From the NCBI RefSeq assembly GCF_009914755.1, contig NC_060944.1: a stretch of 64,000 nt of DNA. One strand, 5' to 3'. The notes beneath the pieces are model-generated. The model was not told where the DNA came from, made no database searches, and worked only from the letters and a program-made list of their open reading frames with translations. A program made the position numbers and the translations under genes. Below are positions 28,069 through 41,398 of the stretch, in pieces; position 1 is the first letter of the stretch; the number at the start of each line of letters is the position of its first letter. Source of the DNA: the human T2T-CHM13v2.0 reference genome, Homo sapiens.

Positions 28069-30420
28069 GTCATCCTACTTCACGAAATGTTGTATGGCTC
28101 TGTTGAATTAAGTTAGGAAAGGAGTGAATAATTTTGTTTTAGAATTCTTGACCTATCTTGAGATCACGTGAGCTAGGAATCACATTTCCCAAAGTGTATT
28201 CCAAATAATTACACATAAAATCATATTCTCTAAAAGTAGGATAGTGTGGTCAAATAAGTTTGATGAAGGCTGGTTTTTTTTTAAGTGTCTTTATTGAAGG
28301 CTTGTCAAATCTTTAACATGTACGACTAGAATAAACTTGGCTCTTTTCATTGCCTTTCTCAGCACAGCGTTGCTTTCAAGAGCTACAAATGAATTGAAAA
28401 GCAATTTAAATCTGTATTGCAGAACTCTTAACCAGAGGGAAAATACACTACATTATGTACAGTAAAAATGCCCCCAAGATCCCTATGCATTCCCACAAAG
28501 CCAACTGATCACCTTGCAGCAGCTGCCCCCAAATTATAGAGTCATCTGCTTAAAAATCCTCCCCAAACCTTTCTTCCAAAATATAATCTGAGCTAACCTT
28601 GTCTCTTCTGTCCCTTCCTCCACTCCCACCTTCCCAAATTCATTTTTTAATAGAAAAATGGAAAGTTGTCTGCCCTTTCTAACTTAGAAAAATTCAGCTT
28701 TTAGGTACTCTGTGGTTTTCCTTCCTAATGCAAATACACTAAAACTGTCTTAGAATGGATAAAAGGAGGGATGGTAGATGGTTTTCAATCATGAGAAAAT
28801 CTGCTGAACTAAGTGGTGCAGGTTGAACCAAGGAAGAAGTTATGAAGGGAGGACAATGGCAGACATGCCAGGAAGATGGTACCACTATTTGTTCCAAGCT
28901 CAAACCTCAAAGCTTTCTGGTAAATTCCTGAACAAAGAAAATTGTTATCTTTGATACCTCTGGTTGGCCTACTCAAAAAGAGACTGCCAGGTGGACCTTT
29001 CTCTGCTTACTTCCAGATCATCAGCTTAGGCAAAAATTGTGCAAACAAGATTCACTGTGTCCAGACTACCAACAGTTTTATTTTTTTCCTGTCTTATGAC
29101 TCCCGTTTTTGCCTTTGTTTCCTGGCTCATTCTACCAACTGACTCCTCATGTGAGTAAACAATATGAGTGCAAAATAAACTAATAAGCATGCTGCAAAAT
29201 AACTACAAACGTCTCTGAATTTTTCTTTGATAAAAAACTTTTTCTGGTCTCTGTCACATAAATGATACTTCACAAGGAATACCCAAGTGGGGTATACCAC
29301 GTACTCCAGCTTTTCTGGAAGCTCTGCACTTGCCTTTGAGAGGCTTTTCAATGACAAGGCTTCAAATGTTTACGCACATACATTCAATTTGCCAGTGTTC
29401 TTACCAGCCAGGTCTGCGGACCCCAGTGTTTCCAGTTGGAAGCCACTAAAAGGTAGGCAAGCAGCCCATTGAATAACTACCAAACACAGGATATACTCAA
29501 AGCAAAATATAATTTTTCCCTAACATCTTCCCTTTAATAGAAATTCTCTGCTTCTGGGTGAAATCTTACATAGGTCCAATGAGTTAGGCTACACAGTATC
29601 ATGGTCACTTTAGCACATAAAGCCTCGATTTGGAAGTTAGACTGACCAGTTCTTGATAGTAATGAGATGTTTGGGCAAAAGTTAGTGTCCCATCTCCCAT
29701 TCTCTAGCTAGGCCCACTGTGGCCTGTCAGTTTCAGGCAGTGGAGGCAGGGGTGGTTCCCCTTCATTCTTTCCCTACAATATTCCTTCCTCCCATAGCAG
29801 CTGACTGCAGGAAAGAGCATGGGCTGTGGAAAAGCCACCTTCTGACATACGGGGTCTGTTCTTCACCTTATGTCATGACTCTGGTATCAGGTATCAATAC
29901 TTTCTCTTACAGATGCACTTGTGGGCTCTTCCAGATGCAGGTCCCATAATGTAGACCATGTTTCTTCTTTGGCTAGTCACAGTGTGTCCAGTTCATGGTC
30001 AGATGCTCACTGTTGGGGTTCTCCTCAACTCTTTGAGGGAGTCCCCTTGCCAAGGGTCTGAAATAGCTCCAGAGGCACTCTCTTTCATCCAGGGTCAGTG
30101 GCAGGTCCACGGGAGACACTCATACTCGCTGTGACCCATGGTGGACAGGGAACACGCTCATTTCCCATATGCAAAAGCCACCCACAGACAACCACAAAAA
30201 GGTGTCAGCATCCCTTCCCTGACCTCTGAATTTCTTGGGTTTGGAGACAGATTACCATCTCCTGGGTCTCCAAAGTTTGGGGGGGCTGCGTATCAAGTTC
30301 TGAATGGCCCCATTGAGCTCTTCTCCCCAAACACTAAGATTGAGATGAAGGAACAGGTGATGTTTGTACACCTCCCAGCAGCACAACTTTCTCTAAATAC
30401 TCATTAAAAACTCCTCTTTC

Positions 30421-31222
30421 GAGAAGTGTCTGAAGACATTTATGCAGCCAAAAAACACATGAAAAAATGCTCATCATCACTGGCCATCAGAGAAATGCAA
30501 ATCAAAACCACAATGAGATACCATCTCACACCAGTTAGAATGGCGATCATTAAAAAGTCAGGAAACAACAGGTGCTGGAGAGGATGTGGAGAAATAGGAA
30601 CAATTTTACACTGTTGGTGGGACTGTAAACTAGTTCAACCATTGTGGAAGTCAGTGTGGCGATTCCTCAGGGATCTAGAACTAGAAATACCATTTGACCC
30701 AGCCATCTCATTACTGGGTATATACCCAAAGGACTATAAATCATGCTGCTATAAAGACACATGCACATGTATGTTTATTGCAGCACTATTCACAATAGCA
30801 AAGACTTGGAACCAACCCAAATGTCCAACAATGATAGACTGGATTAAGAAAATGTGGCACATATACACCATGGAATACTATGCAGCCATAAAAAATGATG
30901 AGTTCATGTCCTTTGTAGGGACATGGATGAAACTGGAAACCATCATTCTCAGCAAACCATCACAAGGACAAAAAACCAAACACCGCATATTCTCACTCAT
31001 AGGTGGGAATTGAACAATGAGAACACATGGACACAGGAAGGGGAACATCACACACCGGGGACTGTTGTGGGGTAGGGGGAGTGGGGAGGGACAGCACTAG
31101 GAGATATACCTAATGCTAAATGACGAGTTAATGGGTGCAGCACACCAACATGGCACATGTATACATATGTAACAAACCTGCACGTTGTGCACATGTACCC
31201 TAAAACTTAAAGTATAATAAAA
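30421..31222 (+). mobile_element. L1PA4/5-like 3' end with a 12-nt 5' inversion
   Basis: ORF 30426..31013 is an uninterrupted ORF2p C-terminus. Perfect 15-bp TSD aaaaactcctctttc at 30406-30420 / 31223-31237. Confidence 0.95.
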
Positions 31223-31829
31223 AAAAACTCCTCTTTCTACATCTCACTGTCTTGAACCTCCAGATGAGGTGCTCAAAAGTTTTGAAGCTGATTTTTCTTT
31301 GTAAATGCTGCATGTGATGAGCTGGTGCCTCACTTTGGAATTTCATTTCTATCATATCTTGGTTCCCATTAGAAATTTTAAGATCCTGTTAGAATAAGAC
31401 ATGTGTTAAAGGGCAAAAATGATGGCTAGCACACCCTTTCTCTAATAAAGAATGCCAGAAATCGGACAGGCCTACCACTGTATGATTTTTCTCTTTGATG
31501 CTGTATTGACCTGATTTTCTACGTATACATCATGTAGGAAAAAAAAAGAAGACCCATGCAAATGTAAAAAAAAAAATCATGACTCAGAGCAAAAATAAAA
31601 GTAGCAAAGTTAAATTTTAAGTGCCTCTTTGAAGTTTTAAACAGTGCATTCCAAATTCCAAAATAGTTTTTGAGATAAAACATTTTTAAATAATTAATTT
31701 TAAAAACTACTTTAAGAAACAATCCAGATGTTCAAAATAAGTGGCTTATTAAACACATAAGTGTAGTTTATATTTTGGATAACTTGACAGTAATTACAAA
31801 TAATCATCTAGATCTAAACTTGTTTTCTC

Positions 31830-34610
31830 TTTTAGTCATATAAAATAACTCTACATATTTATGCATTACATGTGTTTGTTACATGCATAGAATGTGTATT
31901 GATCAAGTCATCACCTTGAGTATTTCTCGTTTTTATGCGTTAGTATCATTTCAAGTCCTCTCTTCTAACTACTTTGAAATATACATAATCTTGTTGCAAA
32001 GTATAGTCACTCTAGTCGGTATTAAACATTAGAACTGATTCCTTCTATCTAACTGCATGTTTCTACTCATAACCAACCTCTCTTTAACTCCCCTCCCACT
32101 CAGCCCATCTTCTCAGTCTCTCGTATCTATCACTCTATTCTCTATGTTCACGAGATACATTTTAAGTGTTCCCTGAAATAGCTCCAGGAACACTCTCTTT
32201 TTTCCAGGGTCCATGGCTGGTCCACGGGAGACACTCATACACGCTGTGACCCATGGCAGACAGGAAACACACTCACTTCCCATATGCAAAAGCCACTCAC
32301 GGACAACCACCAAAGGTTCTCAAGAGCCCTTCAAGATCTCTGCATGAGTGAAAACATGCAGTATTTGTCTTTCTGTTGCTGGCTTATTTCACTTAATATA
32401 ATGGCCTCCAGTTCTATCCACGTTGTTGCAAATGACATTATTTCATTCTTTTTAATGGCCAAATAGCATTCCATTATGTATATATACTACTTTTTTAATC
32501 TATTCATCCATTGATGGACACTTATGTTGACTCCATAACTTTGCTATTGTGAATCAGCCTATGATAAACATGTGAATGCAAGTGTCCCTTTGACAGGGTG
32601 ATATTTTTTTCCTTTGGAAAAATACCCAGTAGTGAGATTGATGGATTGTATGATAGTTTTAGTTTTAAAGAAATCTCCACACTGTTTTCCATATTGGTTA
32701 TATTAATTTATATTCCCTCCAACAGTGTATAAGTGCTCCCTTTTCTCCGCATCCTCACCAGAATCTGTTATTTTTTTCTTTTTATAATAGCCACTCCAAC
32801 TGGGCTGAAATAATATCTCCTTGGGGTTTTGATTTGCATTTCCCTGATGGTTAGCGATGTTGAGCATTTTTTCATAAACCTGTTGGCCATGTGTATGTGG
32901 TCTTTTGAGAAATGTCTATTCTCAAAATATGTCCTGTGCCCATATTTTAGTGACTTTTTTTGTTTTCACTGTTTAGTTGTTTGAGTTCCTTGTATTTTTT
33001 GGATATCAGTCTCCTGTCTGATGAGTAATTTGAAAATATTTTCTCCCATTTAATAGGTTGTCTCTTCACTCTGTTAATTGTTTCTTCTGCTGTACAGAAG
33101 GTTTCTGGTTTAATATAGTTCCATTTATCTACTTTTATTTTTGTTTTCTGTGCTTTTGCAGTCTTATCTATAAAATCTTTGCCTAGAGTGATTTTTGAAG
33201 TTTTTCCTATGCTTTCTTCTAATAGTTTTATAGTTTTGGGTCTTACATGTAAGTCTTTAGTCCATCTTGAGTTGATTTTTGTGCATGATGAGACATAGGG
33301 ACCCAGTTTCATTCTTTTGCATATGGTTATCCAGTTTGCCCAGCGCCACTTATTTAAGAGGGTATCCATTCCCCAGTTTATATTCTTGGCAGCTTTGGCA
33401 AATCTCAGTTGGCTGTAAATACACGGATTTATTTATATGTTCTCTATCCTATTCCATTGGTTTACATATCTATTTTTATAAATATGGTTTTCGTTACTAC
33501 AGCCTGGTGATATGTTTTGAAATCAGACAGTGTAATCCTTCCAGCTTTGTTCTTTTTGCTCCAGGTAGCTTTGGTTATTTGGGCTTTTTTTGGTTCCATA
33601 CAAATTTTAGGATTTTTTTTTCTACTTCTGTGAAAAATGATACTGATATTTTGATAGGAATTACACTGAATCTGTAGATTGCTTTGAGCAGTGTGGTCAT
33701 TTTGACTAGATTAATTCTTCCAATCCATGAGCATAAGATGTTTTTCCATGTGTTTGTGTTGTAGATTTTTTAATAGCGATCTTTTACCTCCTTGGTTAAA
33801 TTTATACCTAGGTATTTTGTTTTTCTTGTAGGTGTTATAAGTGGAATTGCCTTGTTGATTTCTTTTTTGGTTGTTTCATCCTCATTGGTGTATAGAAAAG
33901 CTACTGACTTTTGTAAATTGATTTTGTATCCTGCAACTTCACTGAATTTTTTTTTTATCAGCTCTGGAAGGTTTTTGGTGAAGTCTTTTGGTTTTTCTAG
34001 GTATAAGATCATACCATTTGCCAAAAGGGACAGTTTGATTTCTTTTCCGATTTGGATGCCACTTTTTTTTTCTTGCCTGATTTCTCTGGCTAGGACTTCC
34101 AGTACAATGTTGAACAGAAGTGGTGAAAGTGGGCATCCTTATCTTGTTCTAGTTCTTAAAGCAAAGGCGTTCAACTTTTCCCAACTCAGTATGATGTTAG
34201 CTATGAGTTTGTCATATATGGTCTTTATTATTTTGAAGTATGGTCATTCTATTCCTAGTTTGTTGAGTGTTGTTATCATAAAGGGTGATGAATTTTGTCA
34301 AATGCTTTTCCTGTGTCTACTAAGATGATCATATGGTTTTTGTCCATTTTGTTGGTGTGATGTATCATGTTTATTGATTTGTATATGCTGAACCACTCTT
34401 GCATCCTTGAGATAAATCCCACTTGATCATGGCGTATTATCTCTTCGATGTGCTATTGGATTCAGTTTGCTAGAATTTTGCTGAGGATTTTTGGATCTAT
34501 GTTCATCAGGAATATTGACCTGTAGTTTCTGTTGTTTTCGTTGTGCCCTTATCTGGTTTTGGTATCAGGGTAATACTGGCCTTATAGAATGAGTTAGAGA
34601 GAATTATCTC
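31830..34610 (-). mobile_element. L1MA-type element (ORF2 RT region to 3'UTR) with a foreign insert at about 32167-32336
   Basis: Minus-strand ORFs 32947..33369 and 33770..34024 are ORF2p ([10 protein letters not shown]...[10 protein letters not shown]). L1MA-type 3'UTR. Confidence 0.88.
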
Positions 34611-36362
34611 CAATTATTATGAAATTTTGATTGTTTTATACAGTTAAAAATAAAAATAAACCAAACATTTTTATGGCATGCCTTTTAGTAAGTGTATTTG
34701 TATACTCACAAAAAAGTCTGAAACAATTAACACCTATATATTGAGAAAAGTCATTTCTGAGTGGTAGAATTGTAGGAAATTTTCAGTGTTTACTTAATTT
34801 AGTTTTAGTTTACATTTTTCTGCATTACCTGATTTCTTTAAAATGAATATTTTTATCTCTTATAGTAAGAAGAAAAATTAAAAAGATGTTTTAATTGAAA
34901 TAAAGTATATTTCTTTCAAAAATGTGCAGTCTTTCAACTAACATGGTTGTGCTTGAGTTGTTACAAAATGCAGCAAGAATTTTTCATATTAACCATAATT
35001 TTGTTTCAATTCTGAATTGGGTGGCTTTGCATGTAAATATGTCTTTAAAAATTTCTTAAAATATTGATGAGCCAAGCCACTTGTAAATAAGTCTGTTTAT
35101 AGTCTCATGATTTAATACATATTTCTTTGATTCAGTGGTTGTAAACCAATTGTATGCAAAAAAAAACTATGAAATTTCAATTTGCAAACATTTTCCCAAT
35201 CACACAATAGAAAAATAGCCTTAAGAATTGGGCAGCTTAAGTTCCAATTAAATAGATTGCTTATCCATATTAGATATATGCATTGTGTCTGTTTTCAATA
35301 ATATATACAGATTTCTATTCTGCAAGCTTATTTAAATATATATATTCTATATTCATTATAATATTACTATATGCTTCACTTATATCAATTCTTCCTAGGC
35401 CCCATAGGAGGAAATTTATCTGCTAATGTTACAGATTGAAGAGAGAGGAGAGAGACACAGCAGGGCATAATACGTGCAATACATTCTTAATCAGTCTTCC
35501 TTGGGAATCATAGAGCTTATGGATATAGAGTAAATGTGCAGCAAGAATGATCTGGTATACCATTATCTTTTAATTGGAGTTTCTATTTCTGTCACTGTTT
35601 CATTTGCTCACCATAATAGCTTAAACCGTAGCAATTGGCAGAAGCAACATTGTTGGTTTGGACTGTAGACAACAGGACACATGCAAGTCTTTTATTTCCA
35701 AAGAGGCTTGGAGAGGAATTTTGGATTTTGCATAGATTTTGCTTGGGGAACAAACTGAATCTGAAAATAGCTAACTGCATTTAAATCAGATTCCTGAGAA
35801 GTCTTTGCATCCAAGCAACACCTGATGAGTCCTTCCCAACTCCTTTTCTTATTTCTTCAATTTCTAGCTGAAGGTTAATTTTTTACAAGTTTAAAGATGT
35901 ATCTTCCTGCAAATGTTATATAAGAAGACTGAAAAATGGAAGGCTTTGTGTTTGTTGGGAGCTAATGACCCAACACATCAATCCATTCATACATAAAATG
36001 TGAGCAGACAACTTTGTCTTTGCATAATAGGTGGTGAAATTTCTGATAGTACTTGTCTTTGTTTGGAGGCAATTCACAAATGGAAATGGGAAATGCTGAG
36101 CCTGGCTAGCCTAGACAATTACATTTCTATTTTCTAAGTTGCCTGTCTCTTTTTGCTCCTAAAAGTTAAGTCTTATCCTTATAAACAGCAACAGTGTTTG
36201 TTCCCAAACTTGTTTATACCACTTTCCAATTTCTGAAATTATGCACTCTTTAAATGTCATGTGAAGACAATAAAATATGAGTGCAAAGAGATTTCTTTTT
36301 TATAAAACTTAGTTGAATACTTTGGACAATCTCGATAAAGGTGAATAACTTAAAATTTGCTA

Positions 36363-37576
36363 TGAATTAATTTACACTCCCCCCAACAGTGTAAAAGTGT
36401 TCCTATTTCCCCACATCCTCTCCAGCATCTGTTGTTTCCTGACTTTTTAATGATTGCCATGCTAACTGGCATAAGATGGTATCTCACTGTGGTTTTGATT
36501 TGCATTTCTCTAATGACCAGTGATGATGAGCTTATTTTCATATGTTTGTTGGCTGCATAAATGTCTTCTTTTGAGAAGTGTCTGTTCATATCCTTTGCCC
36601 AATTTTTTATGGGGCTGTTTTTTCGTGTAAACTTATTTAAGTTCTTTGTAGATTCTGGATATTAGCCATTTGTCAGACGGACAGATTGCAAAAAATTTGC
36701 TCCCATTCTGTAGCTTGCCTGTTCACTCTGATGATAGTTTCTTTTGCTGTGCTGAAGCTCTTTAGTTTAATTAGATCCCATTTGCCACGTTGGGCTTTTG
36801 TTGCATTGCTTTTGGTATTTTAGTCATGAAGTCCTTGCCCATGCCTATGTCCTGCATGGTATTGCATTAGGTTTTCTTCTAGGGTTTTTGTGGTTTTAGG
36901 TCTTACGTTTAAGTGTTTAATCCATCTTGAGCTAATTTTTGTATAAGGTGTAAGGAAGGGGTCCAGTTTCAGTTTTCTGCAACCATTGTAGAAGACAGTG
37001 TGGCAATTCCTCGAGGATCTAGAACCAGAAATACCATTTGACCCAGCAATGCCATTACTGGGTATATACCCAAAGGATTATAAATCATTCTACTATAAAG
37101 ACACATGCACACGTATGTTTATTGTGACACTATTCACAATAGCAAAGACTTGGAACCAACCCAAATGCCCATCAGTGATAGACTGGATAAAGGAAATGTG
37201 GCACATATACACCATGGAATACCATGCAGCCATGAAAAAGGATGAGTTCATGTCCTTTGCAGGGACATGGATGAAGCTGGAAATCATCATTCTCAGCAAA
37301 CTAACACAGGAACAGAAAACCAAACACTGCACATTCTCACTCATAAGTAGGAGTTGAACAATAAGAACACATGGACATAGGGAGGGAAACATCACACACC
37401 GGGACCTGTCAGTGGGTAGGGGGCTAGGGGAGGGATAGCATTAGAAGAAATACCTAATGTAGATGACAGGTTGATGGGTGCAGCAAACCACCATGGCACG
37501 TGTATATCTATGTAACTAACCTGCATGTTCTCCATATATATCCTAGAACTTAAAGTATAATTTAAAAAATAAATTT
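36363..37576 (+). mobile_element. L1PA7-like, 5'-inverted (twin-primed) insertion
   Basis: Antisense ORF2 36363-36981 joined to sense accattgtagaagacag. 13-bp TSD tgctatgaattaa at 36358-36370 / 37870-37882. Confidence 0.93.
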
Positions 37577-37878
<302 letters not shown>

Positions 37879-38248
37879 TTAAAAATGATATGACTGTAAA
37901 AGATTAGGGAGAAAAGTGTTAAAAGTAGGAAGATTCTGTACTCAAATTATTTCCCCTTTTTTTTTCTACTGTCATCATTGTAATTTAATTATTGTTTCTC
38001 TTTAAAGAAATTTTAAAAAATCAAAACTCATAGGTGAGTCAGAGGATAGTTTATGCAAGAGACATTAAGCATTCCTGACCACTGGGGATTGTTAACTCAT
38101 CCATTTGTAAGACTCTTTCTGAATCCTATGCCCAGAGATTCTGATTTAGGCGGTGTAGGCACAATGAGATACAGGCATCTGGATTTTTAAAATTTTCACA
38201 AATAACTCCAATACACAGATGAGCTTGAGAATTGCTGCATTAAAACAA

Positions 38249-38410
38249 CATTTCTCAAACTATACTGTATACACTGTCACCTGAGGATACTGTTAAATGC
38301 AGATTCTAGTTCACTAGGTCTGCAGCAGTGATGTCCAAGGTTCTGCATTTCTACCAAGCTTTCAGATGATCCTGATGCTGCTAGTCCAGGGAACACATCT
38401 TGAGTAGCCA
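38249..38410. mobile_element. MER5A-like hAT-Charlie MITE (a second MER5 fragment at about 38060-38235)
   Basis: ttctcaaac...tgttaaatgcagattct...tctgcatttctaccaagc...cttgagtagc. Confidence 0.7.
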
Positions 38411-39459
38411 GTACCAAGGCCAGGATCTCACCACATGGTGAGACACACATGCATGTATCTCATTGTGCCTGCACCGCCTCAATCAGAATGCTGCTCCCAG
38501 GACTTAATCTTCTGGACCCAGCCGCAGTGATTTCCAGGAAATTGCATTGTGCAACTGAAGCTGAAAGCCACTTCCCTGGAAGGTTATATATTAAACTTGG
38601 CATCAACATATGTTGAGGCACCCTGCCTATAAACTTCTGCTAAAATATGTTGTTTGGTTTCTGTCCTCAGAATGGTTTCCCAGTTCTTCTCCATTCTCTT
38701 CTCTTTACTTATAAAGTTAAACTGTTGATTGAGGATCCTTCTTGAATAGATCATATCATTGACACCATTATTTCCACAAGACTTGCCTTATACAATAAAT
38801 CAACTCTAAAAACTTTGACACGATGAACAAGCCATTCATTTGAGAACAGAGACCATGTGTTAAACTTACTCTAATCCTCCAAATTCGGCTCCTGGAGCTG
38901 TAAAAATAGCACATGGATTGAGAGCCAGATGTCGTGTTCTGCAGAGAGCTGGTTTGGTAATAAGTTTCATCTGTGTGAATGTTCAATGCCTTGATGAGCT
39001 GAGAGGCCTGGTGTGGAGGAAGGCGGGAGGAAGGCTAACCCTTTCTGGAGAGGATCTTTGGGAATGCAAAGAACAACTTAAATATCAAATTCCACATCAA
39101 AAATTAGAAGTGTTGAATTTGATATAGCTGTTGGAATGACTGAATCAGAGCTTATTACCAAACCAGCAAAGATTTGCACAAATATGGGATTCATTGAGCA
39201 AATCAAGTGCAGAAATCTTTCAGACATTGAACATGTGAAAGGAATGTGAACATTTACTATATATAAAACACTGGGCTGTTCATAGGAGAAATGCAAATGT
39301 GAACCAGAGGTGCCCCCACTTCTGGCATACAACCTATAGAAAGAATCACATCTCATCTTTGCACAACAGATGATACTTATCTTACTCTGAGCATTTTACA
39401 TTTTTCTACCATTTAAACCTCCCAGCAGCTCTATGAGATGCTGCCATGATTCCCAGATT

Positions 39460-39665
39460 ATTCTGCATAACACTACAGATTTCCAAATATATTCCCACAA
39501 ATTATCTTATTTGATCCTCACAACAGCCCATGGGGTAAATTATTTTCCCTTTGCACACAAGGAAACCAAGACTCCAAGAGGTTAAGTAACTTTCTCAAGA
39601 TCACACAGCTAGAAAGTAACAGAGTTCAGGATCCAGATCTGGCCAAGTACTTTTCCCCTCACACT
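39460..39665 (-). mobile_element. MIR
   Basis: tttgatcctcacaacagccc...gaggttaagtaactttctcaagatcacacagctag. Confidence 0.7.
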
Positions 39666-40067
39666 GTGATGAAAAGCTGGCTTACTTGAAGTGACCACAT
39701 TACTTGTGTCTGTTCAGGCAGATTTATAAGGCTAAACTCACCATTTTTTTTCCTTCTATCACAAAGTACCCAGCATCTTCCTATGACAAATGCAAATGTG
39801 CTCAGGGCTTCTGAGAAACCAATTGTTTTAGAAGCCACAGGGAAGGAACAATGTTATCTTTTTCAAAAATCTATACCTTATTCCTAATTTCATGGGTTCC
39901 AACCCTCTGCAGATTGTGGAAACATTGATTTATAGTGGCTGACCTCATGGTGCTCTCCACTTACCTGCAGGCAATACTATCTTTGAAACAAACAAAAAAT
40001 ATAAAAACTTAAAAAATTATTCTAGTTCCAAAGACTAGTGAAAAAAAATCAGAATGAAGTGTAGGTG

Positions 40068-40610
40068 TGTGGCTGGTTGCATTTCCCCAAAACAGCCACA
40101 TCAATAAATCCTTCACATATGCTCCTCTTACAAGGTGACTCGACACTCCTCCTATGGAGAGATGGGTCTATGTCCTGCCTGATGCTGGGCAGGTTTTGTG
40201 ACTTTAGCAGAAGTGCCACTGCATGACTTACAGGGCTAGGTCATAAAAGGTGACGCAGTTCCCACCGGGTCTCTCAGGATGTTCCTATTGGAACCCAACC
40301 ATCAAACCTGCCAGATGAAAAAAATCACATGATAAAGCTCTGCCTAGATGCTCCAACCAATAGCCAGTATCCAGCATCAGACCTGCAAGTGGAGACACAT
40401 CCAGAGGATTCCAGCCCCATCACTAAGACATGCCTCTCCTTCCAGTCTTTTCAACTGAGCTTCCTGACATCCAGGAACAGAAGCCACCTTGCCAAACCTA
40501 TGCCCTGGCCAAACCCCTTACCGACAGAACCCATAATCATAACAAAATGGGTGTTTTCTGTCACTACATTTTGGGGTAATTTGTTAGATAAAAATAGATA
40601 TCTATTGGGC
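40068..40610 (+). mobile_element. MaLR solo LTR (MLT1G/H-like)
   Basis: Starts tgtggctggttgcatttcccc; ends cactacattttggggtaatttgtt...aatagata. Confidence 0.72.
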
Positions 40611-41187
40611 AGCAATACATAACTAATAAAAGATGATGGAGCTTTCTATCATTCATTATGACTTTAATATCAGGCTTTCAGGATAATTGAATCATTAAAT
40701 ATGAGGCTGTTACATGTAATTTAATGGTGTTAGAAGTCCAGACTTACAGTTTCTAGTCACTGTAGTAAAATTAAAGTAATAGGTGTGTTTGAAATAAAAA
40801 GTGAAAAAAACTCTTAAAATACAGTGTGTAATTGCTAACCATGCATCACTGAATGAGCAGGCACACAATAAAAAACAAAACAGTGAAAATGAAAATATAA
40901 TTCAAACTCAGTATATTATAGAAAAATAGAGAAAATGCCTTTTTTTAATGACCTACCAACGGACATCAAAGACACAATTATAGCTGAAGCTTAATTTTGA
41001 AATGACAAAACACCTAATTACATTGTATTAAAGCAAAATGCAGACCAATTGGTAAACTAATTAGAAATGGATTTCATTTTCATATCATTTGTTCATGCAT
41101 GTAATGTTATTCTGTTTCTTTTCCCTTCTCATTAATATGGGAAATGGAAAAATTACAAGAGTTGAAAAGAACTTGGAAAAAATTCAT

Positions 41188-41398
41188 TTACAGAAATATA
41201 TATAAATATATATAATATATATTACAGAAATATATAAATATATCTAATACATATATTATAGAAATATATAAAAATATATTATATATTACAGAAATATATA
41301 TAAATATATATATTTCATTATATATATAACAGAAATATATATTTTATATATATATATAACAGAAATATATATTTTATATATATATATATATATATATT
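41188..41398. repeat. AT-rich minisatellite, about 6 units of 30-40 bp anchored on a(c/t)agaaatatat
   Basis: Anchor recurs six times within (TA)n-like sequence. Confidence 0.9.

Noticed and set aside
29715-30405. GC-richer block that may be an old LTR
   Set aside because: Could not assign a family or termini from sequence alone, so it is not listed as a feature.
30426-31013. 195-aa ORF, the longest in the window
   Set aside because: It is the L1 ORF2p C-terminus of a 5'-truncated copy, with a non-ATG start created by the micro-inversion. Not a gene.
33279-34328. Plus-strand ORFs of 132 and 178 aa
   Set aside because: Antisense frames of L1MA ORF2.
41188-41398. Repeat-spacer-like pattern (CRISPR?)
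   Set aside because: The spacers are (TA)n variants, not unique sequences. Eukaryotic context with no cas genes.
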